The notes under the pieces: model-generated
What the model was told of the DNA's origin: nothing
What the model saw: only the letters and a program-made list of their open reading frames with translations
Database searches by the model: none
Shown here: positions 1-8,054 of the stretch, piece after piece
Layout of the letters: each line of letters starts with the position of its first letter
How positions within the stretch are numbered: the stretch's first letter is position 1
NCBI GenBank assembly: GCA_041664745.1
Contig: JBAYKD010000001.1
Span: forward strand, 106,551-170,550
Direction: 5' to 3'
DNA length: 64,000 nt
Origin: Minisyncoccota bacterium
Lineage (GTDB): Bacteria > Patescibacteriota > Minisyncoccia > Phycocordibacterales > UBA9973
Translations under genes and position numbers: made by a program

Positions 1-367
1 TCCCCTCAAATAAACTACCAGTTCGTTTGTATTTTTGATTATAATACATTGCGTAAGCAGTTGTTAATTTTTGCATAAATTTACTGATACTTCCATCTTT
101 AGTTTGAGAAATAAGTACATGAAAATGATTTGGCATAATTACATATGCACCTATATGAACAAGGGGGGTTCCTCTTTCAACCTCAAATACACTAGAAAAC
201 TTTCTAATGTCAAAAATATTAAATTTTTTAGAAGAATTAGAAACATAAAGAAGATCTAAAAATCTTATATAATCTTCTTCATTATGGAATATTTTTTGTT
301 TACTATTTCCACGATTATAAATGTGATAATATTCTCCAGGCACAAAAGCTACTTTTCTGATAGACAT
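1..367 (-). mobile_element. REP-associated tyrosine transposase / IS200-like Y1 HuH transposase; 5' part only, C-terminus runs off the window start
   Basis: Manual minus-strand translation from ATG at 367: MSIRKVAFVPGEYYHIYNRGN...GAYVIMPNHFHVLI...AYAMYYNQKYKRTGSLFEG. Matches the RAYT/COG1943 signatures (YHxYNRGN, MPNHxHLL HuH motif, RTGxLWQG-like). No stop inside the window. Confidence 0.75.
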
Positions 368-390
368 ATCTTTATTATATAAAAAGAAAC

Positions 391-433
391 ATCGTGAGGC
401 AAGACCTCACGATTAACAAGACCTCACGATTAA
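391..433. repeat. REP-like element next to the RAYT start: 9-bp-stem hairpin (atcgtgagg/cctcacgat) overlapping two perfect tandem 17-bp repeats (caagacctcacgattaa x2 at 400-416 and 417-433)
   Basis: Seen directly in the sequence. It lies 23 nt upstream of the RAYT start codon. RAYT genes are characteristically flanked by REP hairpins. Confidence 0.6.
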
Positions 434-443
434 AAAATATACG

Positions 444-480
444 AAAACCGTCTTTTAACGGTTTTCGTTAAAAGACGGTT
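444..480 (-). terminator. Hairpin terminator after the 479..823 gene; two alternative stems (AAAACCG/CGGTTTT and AACCGTCTTTT/AAAAGACGGTT) followed by a T-run on the minus strand
   Basis: Inverted repeats read from the sequence; the stem overlaps the stop codon. Confidence 0.45.
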
Positions 481-823
481 ATGTCTCATTTAATGATGTT
501 TTATATCGTAGCACCAAATTGTTGATGCTCGTAATGGTATAATCATCATCTTCACCAAAACGAAAGAGCGTTGGAGATTCTTTAAGAGATGGGCCTTCTT
601 TTTTAGCCCATTTAATAAAACCATCCAATGAGGCGTTACTAGCAGCCATTGCGTATTTTGTAATCACAAGCGATTTAGCTGCATGCATAGTCCAGTAATT
701 TCCGATACTCCTCATTGGAGATTCAATTTTTTCCAGAAATTTTTTACCCTCAGGGGTTTCGAGCCATAAAACATACTCATGGGTTGTTAACTCTTTTTCA
801 ATTCCAAAATCCTTTAAGTTCAT
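479..823 (-). CDS. Hypothetical protein (114 aa)
   Basis: Clean ORF with no recognisable motif. Bounded by a terminator hairpin and the fba terminator. Confidence 0.5.
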   Translation of the reverse strand: MNLKDFGIEKELTTHEYVLWLETPEGKKFLEKIESPMRSIGNYWTMHAAKSLVITKYAMAASNASLDGFIKWAKKEGPSLKESPTLFRFGEDDDYTITSINNLVLRYKTSLNET

Positions 824-900
824 GACAATAAGATATTAGTGAATGATTTTTCTTTACATTACATCTAAATAATCTTTATGTCAAATACAATACAAAATTT

Positions 901-932
901 CCCCAGATAGAGTTTGAACCTCTATCTGGGGG
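901..932 (-). terminator. Rho-independent terminator downstream of fba (12-bp perfect stem CCCCAGATAGAG/CTCTATCTGGGG)
   Basis: Perfect inverted repeat immediately 3' of the fba stop (945), followed by an A/T-rich run. Confidence 0.5.
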
Positions 933-944
933 AATTATTAGATT

Positions 945-1820
945 TTATAAATTATTGAATAGTTTTAGGCGGTTGTAGACTACTTCTTCTATAGCTTCTA
1001 CCGCAGGTTTTAGAATTTTGTAGGGGGCAATTTCAGAGGGATTTTCTTTTAGATATTTTTCAAGAGCTTCTTTATAAGCTACACGGATTTCTGTATTAAT
1101 GTGAACAATGTCTATGCCTTCTTTGATAGCATTAGTAAAATCTTCGTCTGCTATACCCGAACCTCCATGGAGAACTAATGGAGCTCCACAAGCAATTTTA
1201 ATATCTTTAATCCTCCCTATATCTAATCGTGGATTACCACCTGTTACCATGCCGTGGATGTTACCTACGGACGGAGCAAGTAAATTTATACCAGTAGCTT
1301 CTACGAAGTGTTTTGCATCTTCTGGTTTTGTCATCGTTGCTTCACTTACGCCTTCTGGAATTGCATCTAGAAGTTTTGAAGATTGGCCGATAAAGCCGAG
1401 CTCTGCTTCTATCAAGATATCTCTACCCTCTTTAGCTCCTAATTCTTTAGCATAATCTACGCATTGTTTGGTTATTTTTATGTTTTCTTCAAGCGGTAGT
1501 TTTACCAAGTCTATAATAGCGGCATCGTATCCGGCATCTAAGGCCGCTTTAACTCTCTCAAAACTGTAGTGGTGGTCTGCATTTAAGAATATTGGATAAT
1601 TATCTCGCTCACGGATCATTTTGACCAAAGTTGCAACTTCATCTCTACCAATAAATTCTTCTTCTCCTTCTGAAACTCCAATAATAACTGGCACGTTTAA
1701 TTTTTTAGCTGCATTGTAAATACCATGCAGGCTTTCCATATTTGAAATATTAAAATGCCCGATAGCTGTACCCTTCTCCCCTGCTTCTTTTATATATTCT
1801 CTTAAGGTTTTCATGTTCAT
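945..1820 (-). CDS. fba: Class II fructose-1,6-bisphosphate aldolase (FbaA / tagatose-bisphosphate aldolase family)
   Basis: 291 aa with class II aldolase motifs (GHFN, VPVxIGxSEG, HLDHG-like NADHH, LHGGSG). Confidence 0.85.
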   Translation of the reverse strand: MNMKTLREYIKEAGEKGTAIGHFNISNMESLHGIYNAAKKLNVPVIIGVSEGEEEFIGRDEVATLVKMIRERDNYPIFLNADHHYSFERVKAALDAGYDAAIIDLVKLPLEENIKITKQCVDYAKELGAKEGRDILIEAELGFIGQSSKLLDAIPEGVSEATMTKPEDAKHFVEATGINLLAPSVGNIHGMVTGGNPRLDIGRIKDIKIACGAPLVLHGGSGIADEDFTNAIKEGIDIVHINTEIRVAYKEALEKYLKENPSEIAPYKILKPAVEAIEEVVYNRLKLFNNL

Positions 1821-1851
1821 ATTATATCATAATATGGTACAATATAAACAT

Positions 1852-2850
1852 ATGGATAAAGATAAACAAATCGATTTCTTAGCTATAGGAGATATAGCAA
1901 CTGAGCCATTTATAAGAATTACAGACGCAGAAGCAAGTTGTGATCTGCAAGGAGAACATTGCAAGATATGTTTTCGTTTTGGGGATAAAATTCCTTATGA
2001 ATCAGCTGAAGTGTGTAAAGCTGTCGGGAATAGTCCAAATGTGGCAGTAGGCGCAAGTAAGCTAGGCGTGAGCACGTCACTCATATCTTATGTTGGAGAT
2101 GATTTAGTCGGTAAACAAGACATTGAATCTTTAATGAAAGACGGAGTAAATATAGATCACATGAAAATTGTTCCTGGCATGGAATCTAATTATCATTATG
2201 TTCTTTGGTATGCGAATGAAAGAACTATTTTAGTAAAACACACCGAATTTCCTTATTCATTTGGGGACGATGTTCCAGAAGCAAAATGGGTTTATCTTTC
2301 TTCTCTCGCGTCAAATTCGGAAGATTATCATAAAGAAATAGCAGAATATTTGAAAAAATTTCCTGAGATAAAGCTTGCTTTTCAACCCGGAACTTTTCAA
2401 ATTAAGCTAGGGACTGAAATGTTGAAAGACATATATGAAAGGACTGAAATATTATTCTGTAATTATATTGAAGCCAAAAGAATATTAGAAACTGAAGAAA
2501 GTGATAAAATCAAACTTTTAGAAATGTTGCATGGCTTAGGTCCTAAAACAATAGTTATGACCGATGGATTAAGTGGGGCTTATACATATGACGGGAAAGA
2601 TGTTTTGTTTGTACCTGTGTATAGTACCGAATCTTTTGAATCAACAGGAGCTGGAGATGCCTTTGCAAGTGCAATGATCAGCGCGATTATATTAGGAAAA
2701 GATTTGAAGGAAGCATTTTTATGGGGTCCTATTAATTCCATGTCTGTTGTCTCACAAGTTGGAGCGCAAAAAGGACTTCTCACCCAAGAAAAGATTGAAG
2801 AATATTTATCTAATGCACCGGAAGAATATAAGGTGACTAAAATTAATTAA
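1852..2850 (+). CDS. PfkB-family carbohydrate kinase (ribokinase/phosphofructokinase-B like)
   Basis: C-terminal GAGDAF anion-hole motif and ribokinase-like fold signature. Start moved to ATG 1852 (MDKDKQIDFLAIGD) to avoid overlapping the fba start. Confidence 0.7.
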   Translation: MDKDKQIDFLAIGDIATEPFIRITDAEASCDLQGEHCKICFRFGDKIPYESAEVCKAVGNSPNVAVGASKLGVSTSLISYVGDDLVGKQDIESLMKDGVNIDHMKIVPGMESNYHYVLWYANERTILVKHTEFPYSFGDDVPEAKWVYLSSLASNSEDYHKEIAEYLKKFPEIKLAFQPGTFQIKLGTEMLKDIYERTEILFCNYIEAKRILETEESDKIKLLEMLHGLGPKTIVMTDGLSGAYTYDGKDVLFVPVYSTESFESTGAGDAFASAMISAIILGKDLKEAFLWGPINSMSVVSQVGAQKGLLTQEKIEEYLSNAPEEYKVTKIN

Positions 2851-2851
2851 T

Positions 2852-3097
2852 ATGAAAAATATAGAATTGCTTCCTGGGGTTTTTAAAAATGCGGGTAGAG
2901 ATGAACCAATATTATCTGTCCCCAACGAGAATTGGGATAGAGAAATAATTGAGCTTGAAGAACAAATAAAGAATATAAAGAAGATGATAGAAGAAACTGA
3001 CGACGGAGAAGAGATTGAGCATTTAAAAGATTTAATTACAGATAAAGAATTAGAAATTAAATTAATAGGTGTTCAGAAAAATTCAAAGAATAATTAA
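2852..3097 (+). CDS. Small hypothetical coiled-coil protein (81 aa)
   Basis: ORF starts 2 nt after the pfkB stop and is followed by a terminator. No homology recognised. Confidence 0.35.
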   Translation: MKNIELLPGVFKNAGRDEPILSVPNENWDREIIELEEQIKNIKKMIEETDDGEEIEHLKDLITDKELEIKLIGVQKNSKNN

Positions 3098-3103
3098 TCC
3101 ATA

Positions 3104-3129
3104 AAAGCGAGCTAGTTTAGCTCGCTTTT
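3104..3129 (+). terminator. Bidirectional hairpin terminator (AAAAGCGAGC/GCTCGCTTTT) followed by a T-run
   Basis: 10-bp inverted repeat overlapping the 3' end of the transketolase C-subunit gene. Confidence 0.5.
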
Positions 3130-4109
3130 ATTTTTAAAATTGCTTCTATGATACTATCAGTATCTATTTTATAATACTTGGCAAGTTCATCGGGTTTTCC
3201 TGATTGACCGAATTGGTCTTTTATTCCCACAAATTCTATTCTTGTAGGGTGGAATTCACTTAAACATTCAGCACAAGCCGAACCCATCCCACCTGCTACT
3301 TGATGATCTTCAACTGTGATTATCCTCTTTGTTTCTTTTGCTAAAGTAATAATAGCCTCTTTGTCCAAGGGTTTGATCGTGGATAAATTCATAACTTTTA
3401 TTTTTATTCCCTCACTCTCTAATTGTTTAGCAGCTATTAAGGCATTATATAAAACAGGACCTGTGGCGATTATACCTACTTCTGCTAAACCATTTTCTGG
3501 ACCAAAGACTATTTGTGATTTACCTATTTCAAAAAGTGTCTCTTCTGTTGTAATTATGGGAGTATCATTACGAGCGACCCTTAAATAACTTGGATTTTTT
3601 GTTCTTGCTATAGCTTCCGTTGCTTTCTTGGCCTCTATTGCATCACAAGGTGAGATAACTATCATGTTTGGTAACACACGTGTGAGAGCTATATCCTCAA
3701 GCATTTGGTGACTTCCTCCATCAGGTCCAACAGAGAGACCAGCATGAGAACCGACTATTTTTACATTTTGATTGTTGTAACAAATAGTAGTGCGAATTTG
3801 TTCCCAATTGCGTCCGGGGTTAAAAATAGCATATGAAGCCATAAAAGGAATCTTACCCATAGCCGCCATTCCACTTGCCACACTAGCCATGTTTTGTTCT
3901 GCTATTCCTACTTCTATAAAGCGTTTTGGAAATTTATCGGCAAAAAGATTCATTTTGACTGATTCTAATAAATCAGCACAAAGCGAAACTACTTTTTCAT
4001 TATCAATACCTGCGAGAAGCAATCCTTCACCAAATCCTGCCCTCGTAGATTTCTTCTCTACATCAGAATTAAAAATTTTAGTATTTAATTTTAAATTTTG
4101 ATTAAGCAT
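3117..4109 (-). CDS. tktB: Transketolase, C-terminal subunit (pyrimidine-binding and C-terminal domains)
   Basis: 330 aa. Similar to the C-terminal half of transketolase (EQNMASVASGMAAMG, GSHAGLSVGPDGGSHQ). Confidence 0.85.
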   Translation of the reverse strand: MLNQNLKLNTKIFNSDVEKKSTRAGFGEGLLLAGIDNEKVVSLCADLLESVKMNLFADKFPKRFIEVGIAEQNMASVASGMAAMGKIPFMASYAIFNPGRNWEQIRTTICYNNQNVKIVGSHAGLSVGPDGGSHQMLEDIALTRVLPNMIVISPCDAIEAKKATEAIARTKNPSYLRVARNDTPIITTEETLFEIGKSQIVFGPENGLAEVGIIATGPVLYNALIAAKQLESEGIKIKVMNLSTIKPLDKEAIITLAKETKRIITVEDHQVAGGMGSACAECLSEFHPTRIEFVGIKDQFGQSGKPDELAKYYKIDTDSIIEAILKIKAS

Positions 4110-4110
4110 A

Positions 4111-4962
4111 TTATTTTAATTTATCTCCTAACATATTTAACTCTTTAATAGCCATTTCATATTGATCTTTATTAGGAGCAACACCGTGCCACTTATAATC
4201 ATTTTCCCATTCTTTTACACCCTTAGAGGGAATTGTATTGGCAATAATAACTGATGGTTTCCATTTTGTATTTTTGGCATGATAAATGGCGTGATTAATT
4301 TCTCTAAAATCATTTCCATTAATTTTTTGTACATCCCAATTAAAAGATTTCCATTTGTCTTCTAAAACACTAAGTGGCATAACTTCTTCAGTTGTTCCAT
4401 CTATCTGTATGAAATTACGATCAACTATGACTATTAAGTTGTCGAGTTTGTATTTAGCTCCAAGCATTATCGCTTCCCAATTTTGTCCTTCATTTAATTC
4501 TCCGTCGCCAACTAAGCAGTATATTGTTTTATCTACTCCATTATCCATTCGAGATGCTATTGCCATCCCCACGGCTTGTGACAAACCTTCACCGAGGGGT
4601 CCCGAAGAAGTATCTACCTGAGGGAGAAATTCACGATGAGGATGACCTTGAAGGGGCGAGCCAAACTTACGAAGAGTTTTCAATTCTTCGAATTTGAAAT
4701 ATCCTGCATGCGCCATCGTGGCATAAAGTACAGGACAAATGTGCCAATTGGAGAGTACTAGGTGATCTCGATCTTTCCAATATGGATTCTCTGGCTTATG
4801 TCTAAGTGCATTAAAATAAAGATAGGTAAATATATCAGCCATTCCAAGTGCGCCTGCTGTATGACCAGAACCTGCAAGATAAAGCATTTCAACTATACTC
4901 TTACGAATATCATTTGCTTTAATTTTTAACTCTTTTATTGTTTCATCTTTAATATTTTCCAT
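4111..4962 (-). CDS. tktA: Transketolase, N-terminal TPP-binding subunit
   Basis: 283 aa with GSGHTAGALGMADI and GDGELNEGQNWEA TPP-binding motifs. Adjacent to the C-terminal subunit, so a split transketolase. Confidence 0.85.
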   Translation of the reverse strand: MENIKDETIKELKIKANDIRKSIVEMLYLAGSGHTAGALGMADIFTYLYFNALRHKPENPYWKDRDHLVLSNWHICPVLYATMAHAGYFKFEELKTLRKFGSPLQGHPHREFLPQVDTSSGPLGEGLSQAVGMAIASRMDNGVDKTIYCLVGDGELNEGQNWEAIMLGAKYKLDNLIVIVDRNFIQIDGTTEEVMPLSVLEDKWKSFNWDVQKINGNDFREINHAIYHAKNTKWKPSVIIANTIPSKGVKEWENDYKWHGVAPNKDQYEMAIKELNMLGDKLK

Positions 4963-4963
4963 A

Positions 4964-5650
4964 TTACAAATTTTCTAATTCTTTCATCGTCTCCTTTACA
5001 TCAAAACTTCTCATTAAGGCACTTCCAACCACTAATCTATTTGCTCCAGCTTTTACCAGTCTTGGAGCTGTTTCTTCATTGACGCATCCATCAATACTTA
5101 TAATTAAATCGGGGTATTGGGATTTCAAATCTTCAATCTGATTTAAAACTCTGTCATCAAATGATTCCCCTTGAAAACCAATATGCTCGATTCCCATACA
5201 TTGTACAAAATCTATAGAATTTATAAAAGGGAAAAGTTTCTCTATAGCGGTTGTTGTATTTATTGCGATTCCTATTTCTAGGTTCTCTCTGGTATATGGA
5301 TCTATTGAGTTTATAAATTCTTTAAGCTCATCTTCATTTTCGGCTTCTAAATGAAATATTATCCTTTTAGCTCCAAGTCTGACAAAAAAATCAAATTGCT
5401 TAATAGCATCTTTGACCATTAAATCAAATTCAAAGTCTAGGTTTTCCCAGTATGGCATTCCCTCTTCCTCACCTAATATTAAGGCTACGCTTTCCGCATC
5501 ATCCCTATCCATTGGCCAAGATTTTGACTCGACGAACTTACCATCACATATATCTATTTGCACGATGCGTGCTATGTTTACAACATTTGCGATTTTTTGT
5601 CGGAGATCATTTATATTTTTAGCTAATATGGCTGGTATAACTTCGGTCAT
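4964..5650 (-). CDS. rpe: Ribulose-phosphate 3-epimerase-like (divergent)
   Basis: 228 aa. DICDGKFV resembles the Rpe HxDxMDGxFV motif, with a C-terminal DGCV. Context is a pentose-phosphate cluster. Confidence 0.6.
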   Translation of the reverse strand: MTEVIPAILAKNINDLRQKIANVVNIARIVQIDICDGKFVESKSWPMDRDDAESVALILGEEEGMPYWENLDFEFDLMVKDAIKQFDFFVRLGAKRIIFHLEAENEDELKEFINSIDPYTRENLEIGIAINTTTAIEKLFPFINSIDFVQCMGIEHIGFQGESFDDRVLNQIEDLKSQYPDLIISIDGCVNEETAPRLVKAGANRLVVGSALMRSFDVKETMKELENL

Positions 5651-5652
5651 AG

Positions 5653-6102
5653 TTATTTTTCTTCTTCATTAATTTTATTAATTCTTCTTACATGACGTTC
5701 ATCATTTGTAAAAGGTGTATTCATGAATAATAGAATGGCGTTTTTGGCTTCATCTTCTGTTATGAATCTTGCTCCAAGAGAAAGAATGTTGGCATTATTG
5801 TGCTCTCTACCTAGTTTTACTATTTCCAAATTTCCCCCATAGAATTCTATAGCTCTTATTCCATCTACTTTGTTTGCTGAGATTTGCTCTCCTTCCCCAC
5901 TTCCACCTAAAATTATACCAAGTGATTGATGATCTTTTACAACAGCTTCTGCTACTGGAATTATAAAATCAGGATAATCATCTTCATTATCTAGATTGAA
6001 AGCTCCTTTATCTACAACTTCTATATTGAGACTTTGCATATAAGCCCTCAATTTTTCCTTAAGTTCGTATCCTGCATGGTCACTACCGATGTATATTTTC
6101 AT
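5653..6102 (-). CDS. rpiB: Ribose-5-phosphate isomerase B (RpiB/LacAB family)
   Basis: 149 aa starting MKIYIGSDHAGYELKE with ILGGSGEGEQISANK. Typical RpiB. Confidence 0.85.
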   Translation of the reverse strand: MKIYIGSDHAGYELKEKLRAYMQSLNIEVVDKGAFNLDNEDDYPDFIIPVAEAVVKDHQSLGIILGGSGEGEQISANKVDGIRAIEFYGGNLEIVKLGREHNNANILSLGARFITEDEAKNAILLFMNTPFTNDERHVRRINKINEEEK

Positions 6103-6146
6103 ACAGATTATTATAACATTTTTTAAATATATAATATAATAATACT

Positions 6147-6932
6147 ATGATTAATTTCCATAAATATCATGGTGCTGGTAATGACTTTATAATGATAAAC
6201 AATCTGGATAAAAGTATTTTCCTTACACCAGAGGATATAAGCCTATATTGTGATAGGAATTTTGGTATTGGAGCTGATGGTATTATTCTTTTGGAGCCTT
6301 CAGGAACGGCTGATTGTTTTATGAATTATTATAATTCTGATGGAAGTATTGCTCAGATGTGCGGAAATGGAGCTCGCTGTACAGCTAAATATTATTTAAA
6401 AGAAACAGGAAAAGATGTAAAAGTAATCAATCTGGAAACTCGTGCAGGTATAAAGAATATAAAAATAAATGAAGATGATACTTACTCTGTCGATATGGGA
6501 GCACCAATGTTTGAAAGTGCAGACTTCCCTGCTGGAACTTTAAAACCTGAAGGATTTGATTTCAGTTGTGTATCTATGGGGAATCCTCATACGATCACTT
6601 TAGTAAATGATTTAGAAAAAATAGATTTAAAAACAGTTGGCCCTAAAGTAGAGAATGATGAAAATTTTCCAAATAAGATAAACGTAGAATTTGTACAAAA
6701 AATAATGAATGACTATTACAAAGTAAAAGTCTGGGAGCGTGGCTGCGGAGCAACCCTTGCTTGTGGTACAGGTGCTTGTGCTGTTTATTCTATATTAAAT
6801 AAAATAGAAAATTTTAATAAAGAAATAACATTAGAATTCCCTGGTGGAAAGCTTTACCTATCTAAAAACGAACAAGACCACGTAATTTTACGTGGCCCTG
6901 CTACATTTGTATTTGAGGGAGAAATTATTTAA
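6147..6932 (+). CDS. dapF: Diaminopimelate epimerase
   Basis: 261 aa with GNDF and the two active-site Cys motifs (CGNGARC, ACGTGACA). Confidence 0.85.
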   Translation: MINFHKYHGAGNDFIMINNLDKSIFLTPEDISLYCDRNFGIGADGIILLEPSGTADCFMNYYNSDGSIAQMCGNGARCTAKYYLKETGKDVKVINLETRAGIKNIKINEDDTYSVDMGAPMFESADFPAGTLKPEGFDFSCVSMGNPHTITLVNDLEKIDLKTVGPKVENDENFPNKINVEFVQKIMNDYYKVKVWERGCGATLACGTGACAVYSILNKIENFNKEITLEFPGGKLYLSKNEQDHVILRGPATFVFEGEII

Positions 6933-7950
6933 TACTTTGTCCTGTTTTGATGACGTGGTCTACAAGTGTGTACGTATACCCCATTTCGTTGTCGTACCAG
7001 CCCATAACTTTTACAAGGTTACCTCCGACGACGCGAGTCATCTCTAAGTCGGCTATACAAGCATGACTTTCTCCAAGAATATCTGAGGAAACTAGATTAT
7101 CTTCTGTAACAGTGAAGAGCTTGTGCCAGCGAGGGTCAAAGGCTGCCTTCTTCATTATTTCATTTACTTCTTCTTTTGTTGTGTCTCTTTGGGCAATGAA
7201 TGTAATATCTACGATTGATCCTGCAGGAACTGGTACGCGGATAGATATACCATCAAAGAGGCCTTTGAGTACTGGGAAGGCTTCTGTAACGGCTATAGCA
7301 GCTCCTGTGGATGAAGGAATGATGTTTTGGGCTGCTGCACGACCTTCACGAAGGTCCTTCTTACTTGGACCATCTACGAGTGCTTGAGTAGCTGTATATC
7401 CATGAACTGTATTTAAAATTGCTTTCTCTATGCCGATAGATTCGTGCATTATAGCGATAAGTGGTGAAGCCGCATTTGTAGTACAAGAAGCGTTTGATGT
7501 GATGTCGCAAGTTCCAAATTTTTTCTCGTTGATACCAAGGAGAATAGTTGCCCCCGGTGTTGTACTTTCGGCTCCTTTTGATGGGGCACTAATAACTACC
7601 TTTTTAGCGCCTTGATCTAAATGAAACTTTGCTTTATCAAATGAAGTAAAGAGGCCAGTTGATTCCACCACGACATCAATATCTAAATCTTTCCAAGGAA
7701 GCTTTGTTGTATCTTTTTCTGAAAGATATTTAATCTTTTTGCCATCTATAACCAAATCAGTTCCTTCCGCTTCTACTTTATGATCCCATTTTTTATAAAC
7801 TGTATCGTGGCGAAGCAAATATGAAAGACTTGCGATTGAACCCAAATCATTAATAGCCACTATTTCTACCTCGGGGTTATCCCAAGTGATTTTCAAAAAT
7901 GCTCTTCCAATTCTTCCAAAACCATTTATTGCGACTCTTACTTTTTTCAT
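6925..7950 (-). CDS. gap: Glyceraldehyde-3-phosphate dehydrogenase
   Basis: 341 aa with INGFGRIGR NAD-binding motif and SCTTN active site. Confidence 0.9.
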   Translation of the reverse strand: MKKVRVAINGFGRIGRAFLKITWDNPEVEIVAINDLGSIASLSYLLRHDTVYKKWDHKVEAEGTDLVIDGKKIKYLSEKDTTKLPWKDLDIDVVVESTGLFTSFDKAKFHLDQGAKKVVISAPSKGAESTTPGATILLGINEKKFGTCDITSNASCTTNAASPLIAIMHESIGIEKAILNTVHGYTATQALVDGPSKKDLREGRAAAQNIIPSSTGAAIAVTEAFPVLKGLFDGISIRVPVPAGSIVDITFIAQRDTTKEEVNEIMKKAAFDPRWHKLFTVTEDNLVSSDILGESHACIADLEMTRVVGGNLVKVMGWYDNEMGYTYTLVDHVIKTGQSIK

Positions 7951-7986
7951 ATATTTTTAAGCGGAACAAATTATTTTATAAAAAAT

Positions 7987-8020
7987 GGTCTGGCTCTTCG
8001 TCCTCCCTCATCCGAGGACC
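7987..8020 (-). repeat. GC-rich 34-nt intergenic motif, copy A (transcribed-orientation sequence GGTCCTCGGATGAGGGAGGACGAAGAGCCAGACC), followed by a T-run
   Basis: GC-rich island in an AT-rich gatB-gap spacer. A near-identical copy sits at 33486-33522 in the same orientation relative to its flanking genes. Confidence 0.5.
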
Positions 8021-8054
8021 TTTTTTAGAATATAATTTGTGAAGCTTTATATTG

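Noticed and set aside
71-259. 62-aa plus-strand ORF at the window start
   Set aside because: It is antisense to the RAYT/IS200-like transposase reading frame, which has strong family motifs.
1108-1455. Antisense ORFs inside well-supported genes (for example 1108-1455, 3316-3588, 3790-4101, 14633-15091, 35587-36102, 38063-38602, 39755-40060, 45716-46042)
   Set aside because: Each lies entirely within and opposite a confidently identified conserved gene (fba, tkt, ftsW, 2-hydroxyacid DH, dnaJ, dnaK, rpsK). They have low-complexity composition, so they are spurious frames.
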